A stretch of DNA of 64,000 nt from the NCBI GenBank assembly GCA_965214775.1, contig OZ243974.1, forward strand, positions 672,001 through 736,000, in the 5' to 3' direction. The position numbers and the translations under genes were made by a program. Each line of letters begins with the position of its first letter. Positions within the stretch are counted from its first letter, which is position 1. This document shows positions 29,579 to 40,074 of the stretch, one piece after another. This DNA comes from Nitrosopumilus sp. GTDB lineage: Archaea > Thermoproteota > Nitrososphaeria > Nitrososphaerales > Nitrosopumilaceae. The notes beneath the pieces were generated by a model. It ran no database searches. It saw nothing but the letters and a program-made list of their open reading frames with translations, and had not been told where the DNA came from.

Positions 29579-29667
29579 CATCTCTCCGAGAGAGGTGGCA
29601 AAACTCACGCCTGAACTTGGAGCCCGAGACGTTATCAAGATGTCATGTCCCTATATTCCAGATGCTG

Positions 29668-31680
29668 TCACGGCAGTTCCGGTATGCCTATGCCGCGAAG
29701 ATATGCATATGTTTTGTCGTAGAACTCTGGAAGCCGGGTACGATCATCTGCGTTTCCATGTGGCAGAAAGATCACCAGTCCCTGCCTGGCTCGCGTCAGC
29801 AGAACACGGTATGCATTTTTCAAGTATGACATCTTGGTATCTTTTCTGACATGGGTCCATTTTGCCCCCCTAAACTCGCGGTATATCCAGTCCCCGGCAT
29901 CATCATATCTGAGGTTGGCATCCCATGCAACACACGCCCAATCAAGCTCAAGGCCCTGTACGTGAAACTCCGTGGCAGCGTATTCAAGGCTGTACGATGA
30001 GCGTGGATCCGTAGATTCGTTGAGAAACCACTTTGTGGCATCGACTGTAAGCTCGACGTATATTCCGTGTGGCTGCAGCCGGTACGATTTTGCGCTTGCC
30101 ACTATTCCAAACCTCTCGCTTCCACGTGCCTTGTCGCGCAGCCACTGCTTTGCGCGCTCAAAGTCTCGCGTCATTACTATCGGATACATGTCCAGCCCTC
30201 CCAAAACATCTCGTGCGTCCTCTATGTTACAGTCCAAAAGCATCTTTACAAATTCGGACACACGCTCGCTGCGAAACGACCTGATCGACGTGCTCAGATG
30301 CAGATCGGGAACAGACGTACACATTGTGCCACCTACGAGATCGGTCATGTCCTGATTATTATCGGTGTATTCGGCGTCTGTTATCTTTGTGGATATGTAG
30401 ACATTCCAATCCGGATAGTGGTTGCGAATGCTATCAAACCACTCTGTCAGCCCCGCCTCGCCGGTGTTAATCTCCTGTCCTCCCCCTATCAGGCATACGA
30501 TCACCGCCCATCCCTCGTGCCTGTCCAATACACTGATCAGAAACTGGGGCTCGGACATGTCAAAGTTCTTTATTCCCTTCTTGCTTGCCATAAAACGGGT
30601 CGTTTGCTCCTTGTTCCATGCCCGCTGTGCCTCGTCAAATATGACTACTCGCTCTACGGGGGCAGACTGTCTCTGTATTGCATCATCCCTGAAAAAGTGG
30701 ATGTTTTGGATGAACGCCTTTGTTTGCTGCCTTGCCTTGCCTTTTTTTATGCGCTCAGGTTTGGGTTTGTGGTCATCGCGCCTGACCCGATCACGCGCTA
30801 GCGCCTCCTGCAGGACACATACAAGCGGGCCGTTTCCGGACAGGAACACGGCGTGCTCTTCCTTTGCTATGTCACGTCTTTTGTTTGCAATGTTTATTCC
30901 TGCCAAGGTCTTGCCTGCCCCCGGAACTCCCGTCACAAAGCAGATCGACTTTTTTCCGCTGGTTTTGGACTTGTCTATGATCCTGTTTATCGCATCCGTG
31001 GTCTTGGTGAGGTTGGCAGCCCCTGCATCTGATCTTGATATCTCTTCTACATCGTGGTTTGCGTACAGCGCCTGGGATGCTTCTATGATTGTCGGCGTGG
31101 GCCGGTATCCGGAATTCTGCCATGCGCCGGGATCGATTTTGTCCGTATGTCCTGCATGTATGCGTATAATGTCGCCTATTACGCCCCCCACGGTATGCCT
31201 GTTTGCCCTTACCGGCTTAAAGACTCCGTCATCCCACTTTGGATACTGAACGCTATCCGATTTTGGAGCGTCGGTGGCCACCAGCACAGGCACTATCTGT
31301 ACGCTGTGGCTGCCCTCGTGAAAGTACTTTAGATCCAGCGCATAATCCACACATTGGTCTATGTCGCTTTGCAGGTATTGCTTTTCGCCTACCTTGAATT
31401 CCAGGACAAACACAATGTCTGAGCAGATCAGTATGACATCTGCCCGCCTTCCCATCCTTGGAATGGGATACTCAAAGATGATGCTTCCAGAATCCATGCC
31501 CCGCAGCTGCTGCTTTAGGATGTCGATCTCGGATCTCCACGCATCTATCTGGTTTGAGTCCAGATTCTTAAACTCGTGCTTTGATGCCAGAATGCCGAGT
31601 ATGCTGTCTGCATCGCCGTTGTTGCCGCCGCCTAGTAATCCTTTCAGTTCAATAGAATGATATGATCTGCTTGCTCTCAA
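29668..31680 (-). CDS. DUF2075 (Schlafen group-3-like) nuclease-helicase
   Basis: EYPIPRMGRRADVIL...VLEFK nuclease-like motif; GVPGAGKT; IFDEAQR; VQGLELDW; YRVLLTRAR. Confidence 0.9.
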   Translation of the reverse strand: MRASRSYHSIELKGLLGGGNNGDADSILGILASKHEFKNLDSNQIDAWRSEIDILKQQLRGMDSGSIIFEYPIPRMGRRADVILICSDIVFVLEFKVGEKQYLQSDIDQCVDYALDLKYFHEGSHSVQIVPVLVATDAPKSDSVQYPKWDDGVFKPVRANRHTVGGVIGDIIRIHAGHTDKIDPGAWQNSGYRPTPTIIEASQALYANHDVEEISRSDAGAANLTKTTDAINRIIDKSKTSGKKSICFVTGVPGAGKTLAGINIANKRRDIAKEEHAVFLSGNGPLVCVLQEALARDRVRRDDHKPKPERIKKGKARQQTKAFIQNIHFFRDDAIQRQSAPVERVVIFDEAQRAWNKEQTTRFMASKKGIKNFDMSEPQFLISVLDRHEGWAVIVCLIGGGQEINTGEAGLTEWFDSIRNHYPDWNVYISTKITDAEYTDNNQDMTDLVGGTMCTSVPDLHLSTSIRSFRSERVSEFVKMLLDCNIEDARDVLGGLDMYPIVMTRDFERAKQWLRDKARGSERFGIVASAKSYRLQPHGIYVELTVDATKWFLNESTDPRSSYSLEYAATEFHVQGLELDWACVAWDANLRYDDAGDWIYREFRGAKWTHVRKDTKMSYLKNAYRVLLTRARQGLVIFLPHGNADDRTRLPEFYDKTYAYLRGIGIPELP

Positions 31681-32351
31681 TCGAAAACAAGATTCCTGGA
31701 TACTGCACGAAAATAAGTCTGTCGATAATCCCGGCAGTTCTGATTGTGCCCAAAAACGTACAACTTCAGGTCCTATTTAAACCGCCTAGGAATCTAGGAA
31801 GTATTTGCTTGCCAGTATAAATGGGATCTGAAGTTGTACCCAAAAACACAGTAAATGACGCGTCTTGGTGATCGTCTGATCCATGAGCAATGGGCAGGCA
31901 GTCACAAGCCCAAAAGGATGCATGAACCGTGATGAGGTGGTGGTGGTGGTGAGGATCCTGCTAGAATAGGAATGCTTTTGTCCGCACACTTTAAGTCAGG
32001 AGGCGCTTTTTGCAGGCCGGGCACAAAAATCATAGATGTGCACGCCAATTCGTACCTGATTTGCAGAGGGTAGGTGGCCTCGCACTGTTCAACCAGGTGA
32101 AATCTGGGGGTTGCCGTCTTTGCCTTGCTGTTGAGGCGTCGTGCCTCCTGTGCCATCTTCTGTAGTGCGCACATCAAAAAAACGGACCGTAATTTTGACA
32201 TATCGTGTGCTTATTTTGATAAAAAATGTCCGGATTTCAACTGCGTGCACTATGTTTTTATTCGATTTTTTGGCACTCTATGGCTGAGCCTGTTACTGAA
32301 AATTCAGAACTTGTCAGAGGCGCACTTTCAGCTTTTCAGCGCATTCAACTG

Positions 32352-35300
32352 TCATGAGGGTTTCTGCCTCAGAAGGAGTACTGTAACAGACCCGATCACA
32401 GCTCCGGAGGCAATTCCGACAATTATCCCAAGTGTGAAAGAAGAGCCGTCGTCTTGATACGTGTTTTGTTCTTGCCTGCCACTATGCGATATTTTGTTTT
32501 TCCCCTCAGTGATCTCGACAGGCCCTTTGTTTTCGCTTGACTGCTGATGCGGCTCAATACTTGTGTTGGCAGATTGGACAGATCCGGTTGCGCTGCCCGG
32601 AACCGGATCTTCTGAGATGCTTGAGAATTTGCCAACAACAGTGATAGGCTCAGTTGTAGAGTTGCCCCCAAACAGCGTCGAGTGCGCCATCACCGAATAT
32701 GTTCCGGTTTGGTTAATCGGAACATAAAGAACAGTTGAGGTGTCATCCTTGTTTTTTACGGGGTAGAATCCGCCGCCCTGGCTAAAAACGGAGTTGCCCA
32801 GCCAATCAAGTGATGCCCACCCAAGAAAGTGCCCAAAGACCCCCGAAGGGACGTTTGTCTGGATGATCTTCCCGGAGGGATCCACTGCAAAAACGGACAG
32901 ATTCGTATCTTCATTCTCCCACGAGATCTCTATTGCGGCATAGTTAATAGAGTCATTCCGGACATCAAAATAAAACTGCCTCCAGTCCCCTGCCATGTAG
33001 CGGTTTGCCATGTCAAAGGCCCCCTTGGCATACCCGGTTCCATACATTATGTCCTCGCTGTGCTTGCCTTCCAGAACCACAGTCGAGCCGCTCTGATCAA
33101 CGGGAGTCTTTAAAACAAAGGACACGGGGGCATTAACCGTGTGCATGTCGCCTGCAAAGTTGAGAAACCCCTGGTAAACTCCGCTAGGGAGATCTTTTGG
33201 GGGGACCAGAGTCGCGTCAAATTCGGATTTGCCGTTTGCAGGAACTGTGATTGACTCTGATTCAGTCCAGATCACAGGCCACCTTTCCTTTTGGTAATAG
33301 CTTGCAGAAAGCGTATATCCCATTGACGTCGAGTTTGTCTTCGTGTCGCCCAGCCAGTAGGAGTATTTTGTCGGAACTGGGTAAACCCCGACTAGCGGAA
33401 CCCCCTCGAATTTCTCGCCGGGCTCTGTTAGACGCAGTTCTTGGACTGTCCCCCAGGAGCCGGCCCTGTTTATCATCGAGAGTTCGCTGCTTGTGATTTT
33501 TGTATCGTTGTCAGAGTCTATCCAGTCATAGATGTACAGCGAGGATATCTGCAGATCATCTGCATAGACGATGGTGTCGACCGTATTGTTCATGAAGCTG
33601 TCAAACGGAAAATTCACGTTTAGGATCATCAATTCCGTGTCTGCAGGGATCGGGTTTGACTCGTCAAAAAAGTCACCCGTACTTGAGTGGTGCCTTACAT
33701 CTGAAAGCCGGACATAGTTTGGGGCATACACCCCGGTCTTGTTTAGGATCGGGTCCTGCTGGAGAACGGCTGTTTGCCCGTCATATTCGGTTCTTTGGAT
33801 CAATGACAGTCTCTGGGGTTCGACCCTTACAACGATGTCCTCGTCAGTCGGATTTTCAATGGTATATGTTGTCGTACTGCGCCCTTCTGGCAGCAGGTGG
33901 CCTGCAAACCAGCCTGTCATGGGGATAGGCTTTGCAGGCAGCCCAAACTGTTCAAATCCGATCTCAGTAGAGTTTACGTTATCCATGGAGGATTCCAGGA
34001 TCTCCCGCAGGTTTTGGTATGATCTGTCGTTATGTACAATAAAGATGCCGTTTGTTCCGTTTACAAAGTCCAGTGCCTTTGAAACGTCTGCCAATCCGGC
34101 ACCCTGGGTGAACGGGTCGTTTTTCAGATCAGATGCCGAAGACATCAAGATGTTCTTTATCAGAAACGGATCATAGTCTTTGGATTTGTCTTTCATTGCC
34201 TCGATTATAATTGCCGCACTGCCAGAGACGATGGGGGCAGCCATGCTTGTGCCCCCAAACAGCGAGATTGGCTCGTCTCTGCCGGAGTCCTTTTTTGGCG
34301 TCAGGACGTTTGATGGCGTAAACCCGTGCGCCCCAATGCTCATCACGTCAGGCTTGGGATCCCCGATTATGCCGGGGCCCCGGCTTGAGAAATCCACCAC
34401 ATGGTTGTAGTGCTCAGTGGTGTTTCCGAACCTTGGCTGGTCCTTGAACTGGCCATATCCCACAAATACGTTGTTTGTCGTTGCGCCGACAGAGATTCCA
34501 AACGGGGACGCGGTCGGCAGTCCGATCGTCCCGTAGCCGTGTCCGGAATTTCCCGCACTTGAGACGATTGCCACCCCGGGATAGTCCTCATCCAGCGAGT
34601 TAGGGATCGTCAAGACTCCCAGTATCAACGAGAGGACATCCATTCCCGGGGCCGCATCAAGGGTCGGGAAGGTAGAAACCCCCCAGCTGTTTGAAATGAC
34701 GTCTGCCCTAGGATGCCCCGAGAATTCCCAGTCGGTTCCGTTGTTCTCAAATCCCGCCGCCCACAGCCACCCGTAGACCGTATCGCCAAACCACAGTGCC
34801 TTGACCGGGATTATCTTTGCGTTTGGGGCGGCGCCTGTGATGGTGTATCCCTTGGAGTCATTGTAAATGTCATAAGTCAGATGGCCCCGAGAGACAATGG
34901 ATGCGGCACTGGATGTTCCATGACCCTGAAAGTCAGTCATCAGTCCGAAAAATTCGCCGTCAGGATCCAATGGCGGAAGGACTGTCCCATTTATTGCGTT
35001 CAGGGAGTCATGTATGTCTGCCGTAGAGTTGCTGCCCCCAATGACACCATAGACGTCCAGAACCTGTGCCCCTACCGTTCCGGCGCTATAGTCAGGCTTG
35101 CCGTCATCATCAGAGTCATATACGAGAAACTCTTTTCCGCTTCCCAGTACGATTGGCTGCTCATCGGTAAAGTCAAAGTCATAGTCCGGCTCTTCTTCAG
35201 GCTCTAGGTCAGATCGTGTATAGTCCTCCCATGATGTCGAGAGATCGGGGATTATCGTGTCATAGACTCCCGGCTCAAACGAGTCGACTACCAGAACCGG

Positions 35301-36329
35301 TACGACCTGGACTGTTGTTGCTGCAAGGGGTCCGGACAGTGCGCCCTGATATATGACTCCCAGATGGTAGACGCCGCTCTTTGACTGGATGTAGTCCCTG
35401 TTGCTGCTGCCGATTTTCATGTCGTTTGCCAGCGTGCCGTTAAAGACGACTGATGAGCCCAGCTGTGGGAAAAACGAGTTGTAAATTGGGATCTTGCTTC
35501 CCTTTCCCCCCTGCGAGACGTCCAGGAATACGCCGTCCCTTGTGACATATGCAGACGATGTCATGTGTGGCGGGAGGGGTTTGCTGTAGTTTCGGATTAT
35601 CTCGTTTTCGTCAATGTATGCGAAAAATGTCGCATTTGTCAGTATGATTCCCTGGCCGTCAGGATCAAACATTACTGGATGGTTGGCCCCGTCTCTTGCA
35701 AGGGAATGCCGCATGTCCATGTTGGAAAAGTCGACTCCGGTGTCGACTATTGCTATTGTCGTTCCGTTTCCGGTATAGCCGTACTTTTCTTCTGCCATGC
35801 CGGACTTTGAGATTTGGGGTATTCTGGAGGCATCAGGTGGAGGTTGTTGCTGGTGCTGCTTCTGCTGGTGCTGCTGTTTTTCTGCGGGTAAATGAAAGTC
35901 CAGCGCAAAGTCCTCAATGACGACATGGCCTTTTGAGATCATGCTGGATGCGCTTTGCTTGGACATCAGCGCGACATGGAAAAATCCGCTATCTGAGCTG
36001 ATTCGATATATAGGATTGCCGTTGTTGCTGATGTCACCTTCCAAGGGATTTGCCTTTTCTTGGCTGCTGCTGCTGATGCCTGCTGCTGCTGATGTTGTTG
36101 TTGTTCCAAAGACAAGGTACCGTCGCACATCATTTTCAGCGGTAAAAAAGTTTGGATCAACTCTGACTATTTCCGAATCAAAAACAACGGGGTTCGTGCT
36201 GCTGTTGATGCCGTCATGCAGAATTTCGTTTTCCATTGCAAAAGAATTTGCCACTCCTGCTGGCAAGAGAAGAATTGCCGGGAAGAGGAAGAAGAGAAGG
36301 AAGAAAATTGCCACCCTGTTGTTGGGCAT
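32352..36329 (-). CDS. Membrane-anchored subtilisin-family (S8) serine protease
   Basis: IVDTGVD, GHGTSSA, SAGNSG, GGTSMAAP catalytic motifs; C-terminal TM; start moved to MPNNR. Confidence 0.93.
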   Translation of the reverse strand: MPNNRVAIFFLLFFLFPAILLLPAGVANSFAMENEILHDGINSSTNPVVFDSEIVRVDPNFFTAENDVRRYLVFGTTTTSAAAGISSSSQEKANPLEGDISNNGNPIYRISSDSGFFHVALMSKQSASSMISKGHVVIEDFALDFHLPAEKQQHQQKQHQQQPPPDASRIPQISKSGMAEEKYGYTGNGTTIAIVDTGVDFSNMDMRHSLARDGANHPVMFDPDGQGIILTNATFFAYIDENEIIRNYSKPLPPHMTSSAYVTRDGVFLDVSQGGKGSKIPIYNSFFPQLGSSVVFNGTLANDMKIGSSNRDYIQSKSGVYHLGVIYQGALSGPLAATTVQVVPVLVVDSFEPGVYDTIIPDLSTSWEDYTRSDLEPEEEPDYDFDFTDEQPIVLGSGKEFLVYDSDDDGKPDYSAGTVGAQVLDVYGVIGGSNSTADIHDSLNAINGTVLPPLDPDGEFFGLMTDFQGHGTSSAASIVSRGHLTYDIYNDSKGYTITGAAPNAKIIPVKALWFGDTVYGWLWAAGFENNGTDWEFSGHPRADVISNSWGVSTFPTLDAAPGMDVLSLILGVLTIPNSLDEDYPGVAIVSSAGNSGHGYGTIGLPTASPFGISVGATTNNVFVGYGQFKDQPRFGNTTEHYNHVVDFSSRGPGIIGDPKPDVMSIGAHGFTPSNVLTPKKDSGRDEPISLFGGTSMAAPIVSGSAAIIIEAMKDKSKDYDPFLIKNILMSSASDLKNDPFTQGAGLADVSKALDFVNGTNGIFIVHNDRSYQNLREILESSMDNVNSTEIGFEQFGLPAKPIPMTGWFAGHLLPEGRSTTTYTIENPTDEDIVVRVEPQRLSLIQRTEYDGQTAVLQQDPILNKTGVYAPNYVRLSDVRHHSSTGDFFDESNPIPADTELMILNVNFPFDSFMNNTVDTIVYADDLQISSLYIYDWIDSDNDTKITSSELSMINRAGSWGTVQELRLTEPGEKFEGVPLVGVYPVPTKYSYWLGDTKTNSTSMGYTLSASYYQKERWPVIWTESESITVPANGKSEFDATLVPPKDLPSGVYQGFLNFAGDMHTVNAPVSFVLKTPVDQSGSTVVLEGKHSEDIMYGTGYAKGAFDMANRYMAGDWRQFYFDVRNDSINYAAIEISWENEDTNLSVFAVDPSGKIIQTNVPSGVFGHFLGWASLDWLGNSVFSQGGGFYPVKNKDDTSTVLYVPINQTGTYSVMAHSTLFGGNSTTEPITVVGKFSSISEDPVPGSATGSVQSANTSIEPHQQSSENKGPVEITEGKNKISHSGRQEQNTYQDDGSSFTLGIIVGIASGAVIGSVTVLLLRQKPS

Positions 36330-36360
36330 GACTTCATGTCTCCATGTTGTATTATTATAA

Positions 36361-37392
36361 CTATCTTCTGCGCGCAAGAATTGCAATCTGTAAGGCTACG
36401 ATGAGTCCGATTGCGCCAATTATCGGAAACAATAGCGAGTTTAGTTGGGACGAGGCCTCAAAGATGAGGGGTACCGAATTTGTTATGGTTCCAGTGCTTT
36501 CGTCTATTTTGTCGCTTGCATCCTCCAGGGTTCTGTCAAAGCCTGCAATCTCGGACTTTAGGATGTCTACCTCTTTGGATGTTTGGCCCAAAATCTCGTT
36601 TAGTCGTATTATCTGATCAGAGATTCCACCCAAGTCCTGGCTTAGCACGTTGGTTGCAGCCGAGCCGTGCGATGTTGTCCCTTGGCTAAAGGCCACAACG
36701 TGGAAGACGTGGGTGCCTTCCTCAATTGGCGTGTAATCCACATAGTACAGTCCCTGGTGCAGCGTTTTAAACGAGTGTGTTAGCGGGACGGAGACTCCGG
36801 AGGGCAGATGGACGTGTGTTGTCCCCAGCAGATCTTCCGGATCGTTTCCGATTAGCAGTCCGTCGCTCGTAGTCTGGACAAACACCCTGATTGGCTGGCT
36901 TATTGCCGCAGTCTCGGGGGCAAATACAAGGGTGTTTACATGCCGTTCCACGGGAACGTCAAGCAGTTCTGTCGTCGAAGAGAACTTTACGTCAATTTTT
37001 TTGGAGATTCCGTTTTGCTCGGTGCTGATCACTTCAACGGCGTATGTGCCGTATGGAAAGTTTGCCGATGGTTGGGGCCAGGTCAACAGGGAGTAGTTGA
37101 ACGTTCCGTCCGATTCTGTTGTGAGTTGATCAAACTTTGCAATTGACTCGTCTGGTGCAAAAACCCGGATGATCAGGCTCTCTTCTGGCAGTGCGCTTCC
37201 GTACACCTGGAGGTTGTGAGCAGGGGAGTACACCTTGCTGTTTGTAAACAACTCAAGGGAGTGCTGCCCATCGCCTGATTGACCAAACGAGCTTGGAGCG
37301 CCGGGAAGGACAAATGCAGTGGTGGCAATAGCAATAGCAACAACAACAACAAGGACAGCGGTGGCAAGCAGAGCCGGGGTTTTGACTTTCAT
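36361..37392 (-). CDS. Conserved secreted/membrane protein with C-terminal coiled coil, co-oriented with the S8 protease
   Basis: Signal peptide, Ig-like beta regions, heptad stretch, C-terminal TM plus RRR. Confidence 0.8.
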   Translation of the reverse strand: MKVKTPALLATAVLVVVVAIAIATTAFVLPGAPSSFGQSGDGQHSLELFTNSKVYSPAHNLQVYGSALPEESLIIRVFAPDESIAKFDQLTTESDGTFNYSLLTWPQPSANFPYGTYAVEVISTEQNGISKKIDVKFSSTTELLDVPVERHVNTLVFAPETAAISQPIRVFVQTTSDGLLIGNDPEDLLGTTHVHLPSGVSVPLTHSFKTLHQGLYYVDYTPIEEGTHVFHVVAFSQGTTSHGSAATNVLSQDLGGISDQIIRLNEILGQTSKEVDILKSEIAGFDRTLEDASDKIDESTGTITNSVPLIFEASSQLNSLLFPIIGAIGLIVALQIAILARRR

Positions 37393-37502
37393 TTTGATTT
37401 ATCTCAAATTTCCTCCTAGATATGCATTAGGCTTGCCCTGCCTGTATGCCTGTTTGTCCTGCTACCATCGGGTGCATCATATGAAAATTATGTTGCACCA
37501 TC

Positions 37503-37632
37503 GGGGTTGTCGCCTAATTCATCAGAATTTCTGAAAACCATACGATGTCATCCGAACCTAGGAGTGCTGGAGGAGTGGAGGCTCAGGAAAACGTGTAGGC
37601 TGAGCCAAGCAGGTAAATTAGGCGACAACCCC
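37503..37632. mobile_element. MITE family B copy 2
   Basis: GGGGTTGTCGCCTAATT TIRs; flanking direct repeat (t/c)GCACCATC, an 8-9 bp target duplication. Confidence 0.9.
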
Positions 37633-37776
37633 CGCACCATCACCAGCGTTCTCCTCCATCCATTTTGGGTTGCTTTTCCTGATCGCATCTGTGGCCTTCC
37701 TGTCACAGAATGCCCGCAACGGCGTCTGGTAGTTGTCGATATCCGGCGGCCAGTGCAGCCTGTCCTCGTTGTAGTA

Positions 37777-37854
37777 TAACAACGAGCAGAAGTCTTTGAG
37801 TCAAGACATGGCAGATTGCCCGTGAAAGACCTCAACTATTTGTGAGCGCTGCTA
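37777..37854. mobile_element. 78-bp IS630-like MITE inserted at TA
   Basis: Imperfect TIR TAACAACGAGCAGAAGTCTTTGAG vs TAGCAGCGCTCACAAATAGTTGAG; TA duplicated; removal restores AYIGYYNEDRLH. Confidence 0.8.
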
Positions 37855-38178
37855 TAACCTATGTATGCAGGCAGGCTCTCGTGGTTCCACATCTCCTCCT
37901 TGATGCTCCTGTGGAACCTCTCCGGCTTCCCGTTGGTCTGCAGGTGATACGGCCTAGAGTTTATCAGATCTATTCCGCAGTTGAGCAGCTCCTCCTCAAA
38001 GGCAGTAGACGTCCACCTGCCTTGGGCGGGCCCTTCTTCTTCCTCTTCCTCTTCGGATTTGAGTACGCCCTGACAAAGTACTTGTCGTTGTCTGAGAGGA
38101 TTGTGGCAGACGTACCGAATCGAGTCACGGCCTGCCGCATGACAGTCACCATGCTCTCCGACGTGGTCTTCCTGAGCA

Positions 38179-38315
38179 GAGAGTTGATTCGAAATTAGCA
38201 GATTCAGATTATTTGTGGATAAACGTACAAAACAACTCAAAACACCAACAAAATACAAGTTATCTGTGAAATCACCTGAAAAATTCGTACGGCTTCTAAT
38301 TTCGGATCATCTCTA
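38179..38315 (-). mobile_element. MITE family A copy (reverse orientation)
   Basis: gagagttgattcgaaattag...ctaatttcggatcatctct; near-identical to reverse complement of 61671-61805. Confidence 0.9.
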
Positions 38316-38352
38316 TGATTCTAATCTTTGGATCAAAAACAGTTGTCAGCAA

Positions 38353-38504
38353 GAGTTTACCCCTCCGGCGACACTGCTGCTGATTGGATCCCTTATGATC
38401 ATGCCTTCCACGCCGTATCTCAGGTGAGAGGTAAACTCCCATATCAAATTATGCTGATTCCCTACACGGGCCGCTGCGAGTGTGCGTTGCTCAGTCAGAC
38501 GCAT
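38353..38504. repeat. Dispersed ~152-bp element D, copy 2
   Basis: Colinear with 25850-26002; internal perfect IR GAGTTTACC/GGTAAACTC. Confidence 0.85.
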
Positions 38505-38619
38505 TCACTAGATATTTCATCGCTTTATATCCCTACCAGTTCTCAAAGTCATACGTTTTTTTATGTGCGGACTAGCGTATTTTTTAACATATGTTACCAT
38601 TTTATGAGATTTTTTCAGG

Positions 38620-40074
38620 CTAAATCTGTGCCTTGATCCTCTTCTTTCCCAAGAGGTTTTTGTATAGCAAGACTGCCTCTGACTCGTCCTTGGGCCCAAC
38701 CACTACAGCAGAGCCCTTTCTCATAAAGCTTACAGACAGATCATCTGTCCTCAATGACAACCCCAGATCACCCTGGTTCTCGACTATGAATCCCTTTTCC
38801 TTGGCAATGGACGTAACACAGTCAACGTCAAGATCAAACGTCTCTGTGGGGGTTATGGAGAAAGTCCGCTTGCCGCGATTGCGCCCGCATAACTCCTCTA
38901 AAATCAGTTCCTCTTTTTCTTTTTCTTTTTCTTCAGCAACCTCAAGTCCCTCTCCTACTTCTTCTTCTTCTCTTCCTCCTCCCGTGCCACATATTGGGCA
39001 CTCGGCGGCCCTGAAAGTCCTAGCATTGCTAAAGTCAAGACTGTCTAAATCGACATGCAGAATCCTTTCAGACAGGTTTGGTTTTTTTCCAAGAATTATC
39101 TTTACGGCTTCTGCAACTTCAATTGCGCCAATGATTGAAAGTATCGGTGGATGGACGCCTTCAATGCTGCATGTCGGCATTGCGTCCTCGTCTAGTCCGG
39201 GAAACATGCAAAAATAGCACGCGGATTTTTTTGGCAGGATCGTAAAGGCCTGTCCGGACGTTCCGACTGCAGCGCCGGTGACAAACGGGATGCCATGCAT
39301 TACGCATGCCTTGTTTAGCGCGTACCTTGCATTGACACTGTCAAGGGCATCAACGACTACATCGCATCCTTGAACGGCTTCCAGTGCAGTGTAATCGTTT
39401 ATGGAAATAGCAAGTGCCTCAATCCTGCATTCGGGATTTCGTTTTTGCAGCTTTCTTGCAGCCACCTCCACCTTGACCTGGCCGACATCGGCCTCATCAA
39501 ACATTGTCTGCCTGTGCAGGTTTGACAGTTCGATTACGTCCCTGTCAATGATTCGCAGATTTCCAACCCCCATTGCAGCCAGTCTGGAGATTATCGGATG
39601 TCCCAGACCGCCGGTTCCAACGACGCATATCCTGGCGTTTTTCAGTTTTAGCTGTCCGGCATAGCCGATTTCCTCTAGCATCACCTGGCGGGAGAACTTG
39701 TCCAGTTCCTTTGGCGAGAGACTTTCCTCCTCTGTCTCTGCTGCCTCAGATCCATCCCCGCTGTCTCTGCTGTCTCCTTCTTCTCCTCCTGCAACGGCAG
39801 GCAAAATGTATACCTCGTCGCCGTCTTTTAGAGCGGTTTTCATGCCGTCAGAAAACTTGGCGTTTTTTCCATTGACGTATATGTTAATTAACGAGCGCGG
39901 GGTAATGCCGTCTGCCTCTAATACGCGCCGCTTAAAATCATCTCCCATTGCCTTGGAAATTTTTGCAAACGCATCACTTAAAGAGTCAGCAGACATCGCG
40001 GTTTTCTTCTCTCCTTTGCCCTGGTTCAAGACAGAAGGTATGGTAAATGTAATGTTGCTTGCCATGTCTATCAC
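38620..40074 (-). CDS. ThiS/MoaD ubiquitin-like domain fused to ThiF/MoeB adenylyltransferase
   Basis: INIYVNG...ILPAVAGG then FSRQVML, GTGGLG, IELSNLHRQ, CYFC/CPIC. Confidence 0.9.
   Translation of the reverse strand: MIDMASNITFTIPSVLNQGKGEKKTAMSADSLSDAFAKISKAMGDDFKRRVLEADGITPRSLINIYVNGKNAKFSDGMKTALKDGDEVYILPAVAGGEEGDSRDSGDGSEAAETEEESLSPKELDKFSRQVMLEEIGYAGQLKLKNARICVVGTGGLGHPIISRLAAMGVGNLRIIDRDVIELSNLHRQTMFDEADVGQVKVEVAARKLQKRNPECRIEALAISINDYTALEAVQGCDVVVDALDSVNARYALNKACVMHGIPFVTGAAVGTSGQAFTILPKKSACYFCMFPGLDEDAMPTCSIEGVHPPILSIIGAIEVAEAVKIILGKKPNLSERILHVDLDSLDFSNARTFRAAECPICGTGGGREEEEVGEGLEVAEEKEKEKEELILEELCGRNRGKRTFSITPTETFDLDVDCVTSIAKEKGFIVENQGDLGLSLRTDDLSVSFMRKGSAVVVGPKDESEAVLLYKNLLGKKRIKAQI

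Larger units (their letters stand above)
37473..38175 (-). pseudogene. IS481-family DDE transposase remnant with frameshift and nested MITEs
   Basis: FGTSATILSDN; SRPYHLQTNGKPERFHRSIKEE; YYNEDRLHW...IDNYQTPLRAF; 5' end missing. Confidence 0.85.

Noticed and set aside
30067-31249. Long plus-strand ORFs (244 and 275 aa)
   Set aside because: Antisense shadows of the GC-rich DUF2075 gene with no motifs; the same applies to most short ORFs overlapping core genes.
31786-32350. Short ORFs between DUF2075 and the S8 protease
   Set aside because: No recognisable motif, includes a (GGT)n tract; cannot be supported as genes.
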